24,823 nucleotides of DNA from Candidatus Micrarchaeia archaeon (GTDB taxonomy: Archaea; Micrarchaeota; Micrarchaeia; CAILAH01): contig JAVYLZ010000006.1 of NCBI GenBank assembly GCA_038740245.1, positions 6,793 through 31,615 of the forward strand. Reading direction: 5' to 3'. The position numbers were made by a program, and so were the translations under genes. Below, one piece after another: positions 8,406 to 15,576 of this stretch. The notes under the pieces are model-generated. The model was not told where the DNA came from. It saw only the letters and a list, made by a program, of their open reading frames with translations, and did no database searches. The stretch's first letter is position 1, and the number at the start of each line of letters is the position of its first letter.

Positions 8406-9287
8406 ATGAGGATACCATTAATGCTGTTCTCAAGGGATGCCGCAAGCAAGATCGGCCGCCCGTTTCGCGGTGCAGGCTCGCTTCTCCTAAGCATAATGCC
8501 TGGGGTCGCATACGACCTGAAGGCAATCGGATATGAGGTTGAGCCTGAGGAATATTCGTTCGCCGCCTTTGCATCCGCAGCAATATGGGGGCTCCTGTTC
8601 GGTATAATCACATATGTTGTGCTTGGGATTAGAGGTGTTGCAGAGGAACAGCGGCTCCTGCTGTCACTTGCAACTTTTTTCTTCTTTAGCGTATTCGCGT
8701 TTATACTTCATATGACCTATCCGTCAATAATAGCGAAAAAGCACGCTGAAAAGACCGATAAGGAGCTTATTTATGCCCTCAGGGATATGCTCGCACAGGT
8801 CAAATCAGGCATGCCGTTTTACGTTGCACTCTCAAACATCGCAAAATCAGATTACGGGAACGTTTCAAAGGAATTGGCCGTTGCGGTACGTAGCATCAGT
8901 GCAGGCGAGTCTGAAAAGCGTGCGCTTGAGCGCGTCATACTCAACACAAAAAGCGATTACCTGAAGAGGACAATATGGCAGGTGCTTGTCGCGATTGAGT
9001 CGGGCGCGAGCATGAGCGCCGCACTGAGGAGTGCGCTTGACACGCTCATGAATTACCAGATGCAGGCAATCAAGAACTATGCAAGCGAGCTCAACTTTGC
9101 AATACTGCTCTACATGTTCTTTGCAGCAGTGCTGCCTTCAATAGGCATAACTCTGCTGGTGCTGCTCATCTCATTCACGAGCGCAAACATCACCCACGAA
9201 ATATTCTTCGTTGTGGTGATTGTATCGCTTTTGGTGCAGATGGCAATAATCGGCTTCATCAAGAGCGAGAGGCCTTCGCTGTACTAG
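8406..9287 (+). CDS. Type II secretion system F family (TadC-like) membrane platform protein
   Basis: Two N-terminal TMs, cytoplasmic domain (ALRDMLAQVKSGM...DYGNVSKEL), two C-terminal TMs; directly follows the ATPase. Confidence 0.88.
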   Translation: MRIPLMLFSRDAASKIGRPFRGAGSLLLSIMPGVAYDLKAIGYEVEPEEYSFAAFASAAIWGLLFGIITYVVLGIRGVAEEQRLLLSLATFFFFSVFAFILHMTYPSIIAKKHAEKTDKELIYALRDMLAQVKSGMPFYVALSNIAKSDYGNVSKELAVAVRSISAGESEKRALERVILNTKSDYLKRTIWQVLVAIESGASMSAALRSALDTLMNYQMQAIKNYASELNFAILLYMFFAAVLPSIGITLLVLLISFTSANITHEIFFVVVIVSLLVQMAIIGFIKSERPSLY

Positions 9288-9296
9288 GGTGCACTT

Positions 9297-10337
9297 ATGG
9301 ACTCACGCATATACAAGACACTTGGCCGCAAAATAACGGGGGATGCAAAAAGCATCCTTATCCAGAAGCTTACGTTTGCGGGCATACGCACAGACCCTGA
9401 TGTATGGCTTGGGATGCGGCTTCTTGCAATGCTTCTCGTGGGCCTTGCTATGGCCATTGCGCCCTGGGCGCTTTTCAAGTACTTCATAGACACCACACCG
9501 GAAACAACCACGCAAAGTGAAATAATACAGCTCATCGTTGACTCAGTGCTGCTGTTTGTGGTTGCGTCATCCCTTACCGGGTTCATATTCTACATGAACT
9601 TGTACTATATCATAGATGACAGGACAAAAAGGGTTGAATCGGTACTCCCAGATTACCTGTTTATCCTGTCTGCAAACCTGCGTGCAGGGATGAGCCCCTT
9701 TAATGCGTTCAGGCTTGCAGCACTGCCGCACTTCGGCCCGCTTAAGGAAGAAGTTGACATTGTTGCCTCAAAGGCAGCTGCGGGCGGCTCGCTTTCAGCC
9801 GCTCTTATTGAGCTTTCACAGCGCATCGATTCAGATGCACTGCGGAGGACCATCACGTTCTTTGAGAAGGGGATAAAGGCAGGCGGCAAGATGGCCGAGC
9901 TGATTGAGGTCAGCGCTGATGAGATGAGAAAGGTGTCTGACCTGAAGAAGGAAATGCGGATCCAGACAAAGTCATATATGGCATTCATAGTTTTCATTAT
10001 TGTTTTGCTTATACCTTTGCTTCTCTCAATATCTTCGCAGTTCCTTACCAATATGATTGAGATGAAAAATGAGCAGGCATCCGTGTTTAAGGATACTGAA
10101 ATACGCACGATTGCAATACTGCAGAAGGAGATTACAATATCGCCTGAATTTATTGATGTGGTTGCTGCATTTACGCTTATTACTGTAACATTGCTTGTAA
10201 GTCTGTTCATAGGGGTAATCGGAGAGGGCAAATACCTGTACGGGCTTAAGTACTATCCCATTGTGCTCGTAATATCAATCATTATGTATGTTGCGTTCAG
10301 GTTTGTGGTGGCATATGTGCTTTCGGTGCTCACCTAG
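9297..10337 (+). CDS. Type II secretion system F family (TadC-like) membrane platform protein
   Basis: ESVLPDYL...SANLRAGMSP...FGPLKEE motif and multiple TMs. Confidence 0.88.
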   Translation: MDSRIYKTLGRKITGDAKSILIQKLTFAGIRTDPDVWLGMRLLAMLLVGLAMAIAPWALFKYFIDTTPETTTQSEIIQLIVDSVLLFVVASSLTGFIFYMNLYYIIDDRTKRVESVLPDYLFILSANLRAGMSPFNAFRLAALPHFGPLKEEVDIVASKAAAGGSLSAALIELSQRIDSDALRRTITFFEKGIKAGGKMAELIEVSADEMRKVSDLKKEMRIQTKSYMAFIVFIIVLLIPLLLSISSQFLTNMIEMKNEQASVFKDTEIRTIAILQKEITISPEFIDVVAAFTLITVTLLVSLFIGVIGEGKYLYGLKYYPIVLVISIIMYVAFRFVVAYVLSVLT

Positions 10338-10363
10338 CCGGCTGGACCTCTCCATATGGCAAG

Positions 10364-10409
10364 TTTATAAACATTATGCGGAAATATGAAAACAGTAATA
10401 CAGAGGTGA
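10364..10409 (+). promoter_or_regulatory. TATA box and Shine-Dalgarno of the major pilin
   Basis: TTTATAAA at 10364-10371; GAGGTGA at 10403-10409, 7 nt before ATG 10417. Confidence 0.7.
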
Positions 10410-10416
10410 AATAAGC

Positions 10417-10887
10417 ATGAAATTTGCACACAGAGGACAGGGCTCAACCGAGTATCTCGTATTGCTCGCAGTTGCCCTTATAGTTGCCCTGGTGGCAATC
10501 GCGCTCTTGGGCTGGTTCCCGGGAGTGAGCGGTGACACCAGAGAGTCGCAGAGCCGGAGCTACTGGAATGGAGCACAGCCGTTTGCAATAATTGAGTATA
10601 AGTCAGACAGCACCAGTGGGAACCTGACGCTTTCAATCCGCAACCAGAGGAGTGAGAAGCTTACCATTACCGGTATAACCGTTGACGGTTCTGCAGTTAC
10701 ACTTCCTGCAAACCTCTCTGTTAAGGGGGGTGAGGAGAAGGTTATTACATTTGCACTGCCAGCTGCATCCCAGTGTGACAACGTCGGTGACATGTTTGAG
10801 TATGACCTCACCATAACGTATAACACAAAGGACATCACAGGGATAGTGCAGACAGGTGCAAGGCCTTTGATAGGCAAGTGCAGCTAA
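10417..10887 (+). CDS. Probable major type IV pilin (class III signal peptide)
   Basis: MKFAHRG|QGSTEYLVLLAVALIVALVAIALL (Q+1, E+5), with a beta-rich body and two Cys. Has its own promoter, SD and terminator. Confidence 0.88.
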   Translation: MKFAHRGQGSTEYLVLLAVALIVALVAIALLGWFPGVSGDTRESQSRSYWNGAQPFAIIEYKSDSTSGNLTLSIRNQRSEKLTITGITVDGSAVTLPANLSVKGGEEKVITFALPAASQCDNVGDMFEYDLTITYNTKDITGIVQTGARPLIGKCS

Positions 10888-10898
10888 ATTCAAACAAA

Positions 10899-10917
10899 TT
10901 TTTCTTTTTCGTATTTT
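10899..10917 (+). terminator. Archaeal oligo-T terminator after the pilin gene
   Basis: TTTTTCTTTTTCGTATTTT just downstream of the stop codon. Confidence 0.65.
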
Positions 10918-10932
10918 AGTAATATAGCGAAA

Positions 10933-11502
10933 TTAGATTTTAAGGACCTGCTTTGCGCGGTCTAAGTTGCGGCCCTCACGTACTATACCCGGCTCCTTAC
11001 CCGAGAGGTCAACAACGGTTGAGGGTGTACTGTCCTTTGAATCGTTTTCCGGGTTTTCAACGATTGCGCATGCTGCCTGCACTATGCTTTCAGGGATATC
11101 ACTTCTTGATGTTGGTGACGGCTGCTTGTGGATGTTTGCGCTTGTTGAAACTATTGGCCTGCCAAATTTGGATATAAAATCACGCAGGAACTGCGAATCC
11201 GGTATCCGCACACAAACAGTCCCTTTCTTGACTAGCAGCGAGCAAAGCCCGCCCTTGTATGGGAGCACCAATGAGACACCAATTAGCTTTGAAATATCAT
11301 ACTTATGGTTCCATTCCGCGTATTTAGAGAGCATCTCGGGCCCTGAAACGAGTATTATCATGGGGCTGCTCTCATCCCTCTTCTTTGCAATGTACACCTT
11401 CTTGACTGCATTGCAGTCAGTAGCGTCACAGCTTACTCCCCATATCGTATCGGTCTGCAGAAGTATTATATTCCCCTGTGACAGGCATTCAATTGCGTAC
11501 AT
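10933..11502 (-). CDS. Threonylcarbamoyl-AMP synthase, short TsaC/YrdC form
   Basis: QTDTIWGVSCDA, KKRDESSP, VCVRIP, PIVSTSAN, PSTVVD and VREG motifs; no C-terminal Sua5 domain. Start ATG 11502 preferred. Confidence 0.88.
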   Translation of the reverse strand: MYAIECLSQGNIILLQTDTIWGVSCDATDCNAVKKVYIAKKRDESSPMIILVSGPEMLSKYAEWNHKYDISKLIGVSLVLPYKGGLCSLLVKKGTVCVRIPDSQFLRDFISKFGRPIVSTSANIHKQPSPTSRSDIPESIVQAACAIVENPENDSKDSTPSTVVDLSGKEPGIVREGRNLDRAKQVLKI

Positions 11503-11553
11503 AGGATATGTTCCACACCTGAAGCTTAAATACATTAGGCGCAAAGTGTGGTT

Positions 11554-12309
11554 ATGGCAATGGACTGGGCGGGTGCGCTTTGGGTTATTGCAATTGCAGT
11601 GTTCGCATTTACGCTTTGGGCGGGCTTCTCAGTTGAAGATGAGGCATTTTATGTAACAGTAAGCTCGCTTGCACCCACTGCACTTTCACTAATCTGCCTC
11701 ATTCTCCTGCTCCTGCTAAGGAGAATGCATTCCGCAGAGCATACCCTCTACTTTGCCGTTGCACTTATGCTGTGGTTCCTTGGTGAGGTGTTTTTCTGGC
11801 TTACAGCATTTATGCCAGGCATAGAAGAGTTGTATGCGGAGCTGTTCTGGCTTGGGGGGTACATACCGCTTGCGGTTGGCCTGTGGTCCATTTCAAAGAT
11901 GGCTGAAAAAAGAAGAAGCATCTTCCAGGTGCTCTCGCTTGTGATGCTTCTGGTAGCATATGTTGTAATAGCAGTAGATACGGCACTCCCAATCACAGGT
12001 GACCTTGGCTTTATGGCAAATGTGGTGCACCCACTGGCAAGCATACTCCTCTTTGCGCTTTCTTTATACATAATTACGGGCGATGGAGAGGAAAAGTGCA
12101 TAACCGCGATTGCTGGCTCAATGCTGCTGTTTGCAGTGTTTGATGTGATGTACCTTATGGCGGTTAAGGAAAACTCATATGATACTGTGGCAAGGTTCAT
12201 TGACCCTGTATATAATCTGGCCTATGTCATGTTCGCATATGCGATTTACACACAAATTGCGAGGGCACCGGCCAAAATGCCCAAACGGCCAAAAAAACAA
12301 CGCTTTTAA
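11554..12309 (+). CDS. Polytopic membrane protein (~8 TM), unknown function
   Basis: Alternating hydrophobic helices with a basic C-terminal tail. Start at ATG 11554 or 11560. Confidence 0.75.
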   Translation: MAMDWAGALWVIAIAVFAFTLWAGFSVEDEAFYVTVSSLAPTALSLICLILLLLLRRMHSAEHTLYFAVALMLWFLGEVFFWLTAFMPGIEELYAELFWLGGYIPLAVGLWSISKMAEKRRSIFQVLSLVMLLVAYVVIAVDTALPITGDLGFMANVVHPLASILLFALSLYIITGDGEEKCITAIAGSMLLFAVFDVMYLMAVKENSYDTVARFIDPVYNLAYVMFAYAIYTQIARAPAKMPKRPKKQRF

Positions 12310-12338
12310 GGGTTGGCTTACTGAATTCCCCAACAGGC

Positions 12339-12556
12339 GCCCCCATAGTATAGCCTGGATAGTATGCGGCCCTGCGGACACTCATTTCGGACATCAAACC
12401 CCGAATGAGATGGCTGTAAGGCTGAGGGAGGGGTTCAAAGCAGGGCCCCAGCGGGCCAGAATGCGCTTTGCGCATGTGGCCTGCAAACATTCTGTTTGCA
12501 CGGCCCCGCACCCCTTGCAACCAAGGAGTGCATTGTTGAAAATCCCCTTGGGGGCG
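12339..12556 (+). tRNA. tRNA-Arg(GCG) with two introns (12378-12418 at 37/38; 12440-12542 at ~59/60)
   Basis: Acceptor GCCCCCA (12339-45) / TGGGGGC (12549-55) plus G73. D arm GTAT-AGCCTGGATA-GTAT. Anticodon stem CGGCC/GGCTG with loop CT-GCG-G|A. T stem AGGGG/CCCCT with loop TTCAAA|T. CCA not encoded. TTTTAAG TATA at 12304-10 and a T-rich tract after 12557. Confidence 0.9.
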
Positions 12557-12576
12557 CTCTTTTTCTCAAATTAGAA

Positions 12577-13008
12577 TTAAAGGATTACGTAGATCCCGAG
12601 AGTTACGAGGCCCGCGCCTATAAGAATCTGGAACCACTCAACCGGCGCCTCGTTGAGCAGGAATATGCCCATTATTGAGACGAACAGTATGCTGAGCCCG
12701 ATTAGCGGTGAAAGCCGCGAAATCTCAATGCCGTGGCTTATTGAGGTGTAGAGGATTAGAAGGCCTACCGCCCAAAACACACCGGCGAGCAATGCTATCA
12801 CCGACGGGCCGCTTATCCTGAGCTCAATGTGCTGCGAGTTGTAAAGCGCATAAAATACGAATACAAGGAACGCTCCGAGCCCAAGGAAGAATGCAAGCGA
12901 GCGCATATCTGCAACAAACGTGACCGAGAGCTTAAGCAAAATGAGGTATATTGACCATATTACTGCGATTGCAAGGCCGATTGATACAACACGCAGGTCA
13001 AGGCTCAT
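12577..13008 (-). CDS. EamA/DMT family small transporter (single EamA repeat)
   Basis: Five TMs, EISRLSPL...GIFLLNE...QILIGAGLVTLG. Start ATG 13008, or TTG 13014. Confidence 0.8.
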   Translation of the reverse strand: MSLDLRVVSIGLAIAVIWSIYLILLKLSVTFVADMRSLAFFLGLGAFLVFVFYALYNSQHIELRISGPSVIALLAGVFWAVGLLILYTSISHGIEISRLSPLIGLSILFVSIMGIFLLNEAPVEWFQILIGAGLVTLGIYVIL

Positions 13009-13042
13009 GCCCAATACTCACCGCCAATAAATATAAAGGGAA

Positions 13043-14449
13043 TTAGTATGTCTTTGCAAGGAGCACTTCCCACCCCTTGCGGCCGCACACTACGCAATTC
13101 CTTTCCCGCTCAACGCCGCGCTCCTTCCCGAGTATTGATATTGTCTGCGATTTAAGCTTGTCGGCGCACTCAAGCGAGCCGCACCATCCTGTCCTGATTA
13201 TGCCGCGCTTTTCATCAACCTGCTCAAGAAGCTCGGGGAGTGATTTGACTTCAAATATGCGGGAATTGAAGAACGCCTGCGCATCCTCACGCAGCTTATC
13301 GTGGTACGCCTCAACTGCCTTAACAAGCGAGCCTTCAAGGCCTTTAATCTCAACCTGGCGCTTTGTGCCATTGCGGTCCACCACTGTAACTTTGCCCTCT
13401 GAAAGGTCGCGCACGCCCGCCTCTATCCGTATGGGCACGCCCTTAAGCTCCCAGCGGTAGAACTTGTCGCCCGGTCGCCTGTCAGAATCGTCATATACGC
13501 ACCTGAACTTCCTTGAAAGCTGCTCATAAACGGGCCTTAGCTGGGCATCAACTTCCTTGTTGCTGCCCTTTGAATATATCGGCACGAACACTATCTGCAC
13601 GGGGGCAATGTCAAACGGCAGTTTCAGCCCTTTTGAATCACCGTGTATTGAGATGACTGCTGCAAGTGCACGCATGCTTATGCCATAGGAGGTCTGCGCG
13701 GCATACCGCATTTCGCCCGCGGCATCGGAATATTTAACTTCGTACGGCTTGGCGAAGTTTGTGCCGAGGTTGTGTGCAGTGCCAATCTGCAAGGTTTTCC
13801 CGTCCGGCATTATCGTGTCAAGCGCGTATGTGTAATCCGCACCCGGAAACTTATCGTGATCCGGCCGCTTGCATACGACAAAGGGGATGCACAGCTTTGC
13901 GTACAGGTCCGCGTATATGTTTATTCCCTGCTCAACCTGTGCAGCCGCCTCTTCGTAAGTGGCGTGCGCGGTGTGCGCCTCGTTCCAGTAGACCTCGCGC
14001 CCGCGCATAAGAGGGCGGGTTGCCTTGGTCTCATGCCTGTAAACAGTGGTTGTTTGGTATATTTTAATCGGAAGGTCGCTGTGCGAGCGCACCCATAGCG
14101 AGAACATGGGATACATTGCCGTCTCGGAAGTTGGCCTGAGCACGAGCCGGTCCTCCAGCGGGCTAAGCCCGCCATGTGTCACCCAGAGCACTTCATCAGC
14201 AAAGCCCTTTATGTGCTCGGCTTCCTTGTTGAATATGCTCTCAGGTATTGCCACTGGAAACAGCAGCTTATCGTGGCCTGTGCGGTCAAGCATCTCCTCA
14301 AGAAGCCTGAAAATGTAATCCATAGCCCTGAATCCCCAGCCCATATACACAGGCATTCCCTTTACAGGATACCTGATGTCCACTATGCCGGCTTCCAGCA
14401 TCATCTTTGAGTACCATTCTGAAAAATTGCCTGCCTTCGTGAGTTCCAT
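13043..14449 (-). CDS. proS: Proline--tRNA ligase (archaeal/eukaryotic type)
   Basis: NFSEWY, LRPTSETAMY, YRHETKATRPLMRGRE, LQIGTAHNLG, WELKGVPIRIE, C-terminal Zn cysteines and terminal KTY. Start ATG 14449. Confidence 0.96.
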   Translation of the reverse strand: MELTKAGNFSEWYSKMMLEAGIVDIRYPVKGMPVYMGWGFRAMDYIFRLLEEMLDRTGHDKLLFPVAIPESIFNKEAEHIKGFADEVLWVTHGGLSPLEDRLVLRPTSETAMYPMFSLWVRSHSDLPIKIYQTTTVYRHETKATRPLMRGREVYWNEAHTAHATYEEAAAQVEQGINIYADLYAKLCIPFVVCKRPDHDKFPGADYTYALDTIMPDGKTLQIGTAHNLGTNFAKPYEVKYSDAAGEMRYAAQTSYGISMRALAAVISIHGDSKGLKLPFDIAPVQIVFVPIYSKGSNKEVDAQLRPVYEQLSRKFRCVYDDSDRRPGDKFYRWELKGVPIRIEAGVRDLSEGKVTVVDRNGTKRQVEIKGLEGSLVKAVEAYHDKLREDAQAFFNSRIFEVKSLPELLEQVDEKRGIIRTGWCGSLECADKLKSQTISILGKERGVERERNCVVCGRKGWEVLLAKTY

Positions 14450-14493
14450 GGGTATGGTTAGGGAATGCAACCTATTAAAACTAATTCCTAAAC

Positions 14494-14898
14494 TCAGATG
14501 TCAAAAAGCACGCTGAGCTTGTGCTTGCCGCCTTCCTCAACAATCCTGAACTCGTGGTGCGTAACCGCCTTGACGTGCATTTTTGCCCTGCCCTTGCACA
14601 GGCGCAGCTTGAGCCGGGCCTTGTTGCCCTCAAGCGAGACCACCTGCAGCGCTGTGCCAATTCTTGAATTTATGTCCATCTCGGCAAGTATCCGCGTGAA
14701 TATGTTCACCACAAGGTCCTGAAAATCAGTGCCGCTCTCCTCAAACTGCAGGGTTATGCAGTCCTTTTCGGAGTGCTCGCTGCCTATGGATGCAAAAAGC
14801 CCGTACGCCACTGCTTCAATTGCCTCGGCAGGCGTACCACCCCTACCCTGTATGAACAAGTCAGACCTGTGATTGAGAAACCTGTATTCCCGCGCCAT
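14494..14898 (-). CDS. Archease (RtcB cofactor)
   Basis: YRFLNHRSDL, VKAVTHH and terminal FDI; about 134 aa. Confidence 0.88.
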   Translation of the reverse strand: MAREYRFLNHRSDLFIQGRGGTPAEAIEAVAYGLFASIGSEHSEKDCITLQFEESGTDFQDLVVNIFTRILAEMDINSRIGTALQVVSLEGNKARLKLRLCKGRAKMHVKAVTHHEFRIVEEGGKHKLSVLFDI

Positions 14899-14990
14899 AT
14901 GCAAAACCTGTGGCTAAATTGTATGAGGGTATGCAAAGGAAACAACAAATGCCCATACGTGCAAGCAAGCGCTCCAGCAAAGCCGTGGCC

Positions 14991-15002
14991 AAAAAAAGAA
15001 AG
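14991..15002 (-). terminator. Oligo-T terminator of the rpl1-rpl10-rpl12 operon
   Basis: CTTTCTTTTTTT on the - strand after two stem-loops. A second T6 tract lies just after the rpl12 stop (15137-15142). Confidence 0.5.
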
Positions 15003-15144
15003 CCAGTGCCCTTTGCCGGATTTCTCAGGCACGCGCATTTGCAAAGCAAATGGCGCATCTCTTGCCAAGGGCAAAAGCTTGACCCAAAGAAAGCCGGGCA
15101 GTTTCAGGCTCCTTTGCTAGCTTTCTTGGGCGCCCCAAAAAAGG

Positions 15145-15450
15145 CTAACCGAAGAGGTTCGCCAGGCCTGCTGCAGCCTCCTCTTCCTTCTTCTCCTCCT
15201 TCTCTTCCTTCTTCTCTTCCTTGGCGGCACCGCCTGCTGCAGGCGCGGCTGCTACCGGAGCTGCAACCATCGCCGCAGATGCGCTCTTGAGTGCCTCCTC
15301 AATGTTCACGCCGTCAAGTGCAGAGACAAGCGCCTCAACCTTTGCTGCGTTAACCTCAACGCCTGCGGCCTTGAGCACGCTGGAGACGTTCTCCTTGTTT
15401 ATGTCCTTCTTCGCGCTGTGTAGCAGAAGTGCTGCATATACGTATTCCAT
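15145..15450 (-). CDS. rpl12: 50S ribosomal stalk protein P1 (aL12)
   Basis: [11 protein letters not shown]...[21 protein letters not shown] upstream of ATG 15450. Confidence 0.97.
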   Translation of the reverse strand: MEYVYAALLLHSAKKDINKENVSSVLKAAGVEVNAAKVEALVSALDGVNIEEALKSASAAMVAAPVAAAPAAGGAAKEEKKEEKEEKKEEEAAAGLANLFG

Positions 15451-15487
15451 CCCATCTACCTCCATACAACATCAATCGCCCTGCCCG

Positions 15488-15574
15488 GGCACGGGGGTGT
15501 GCTTGCCGGCACGCGCCAGACAAACGCGTGCCCCGCCATCCACATAACGGCGGCTTGCACACCGGGCACGTGCC
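15488..15574 (-). promoter_or_regulatory. GC-rich multi-helix RNA structure in the rpl10-rpl12 intercistronic region
   Basis: Four nested or adjacent inverted repeats, listed under findings; function unknown. Confidence 0.55.
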
Positions 15575-15576
15575 GC

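Noticed and set aside
5807..10887. Archaellum operon
   Set aside because: There are no archaellin-like sequences or ArlF/G, and two short TadC-like genes plus Q+1/E+5 pilins fit a pilus instead.
12175..12678. ORFs 12179-12574 (+), 12227-12520 (-), 12175-12381 (-) and 12496-12678 (+)
   Set aside because: They overlap the tRNA gene and its introns or neighbouring genes and have no recognisable motifs; the introns are too short to encode a homing endonuclease.
15001..15130. TPP riboswitch, hammerhead or second L1 site (CTGAGA and GGAGCCTGAAAC on the - strand)
   Set aside because: The remaining conserved cores and required helices are absent.
14910..15290. 126-aa basic ORF on the + strand
   Set aside because: It runs antisense into rpl12, with a low-complexity tail that mirrors the Glu/Lys codons, and crosses the structured 3' region.
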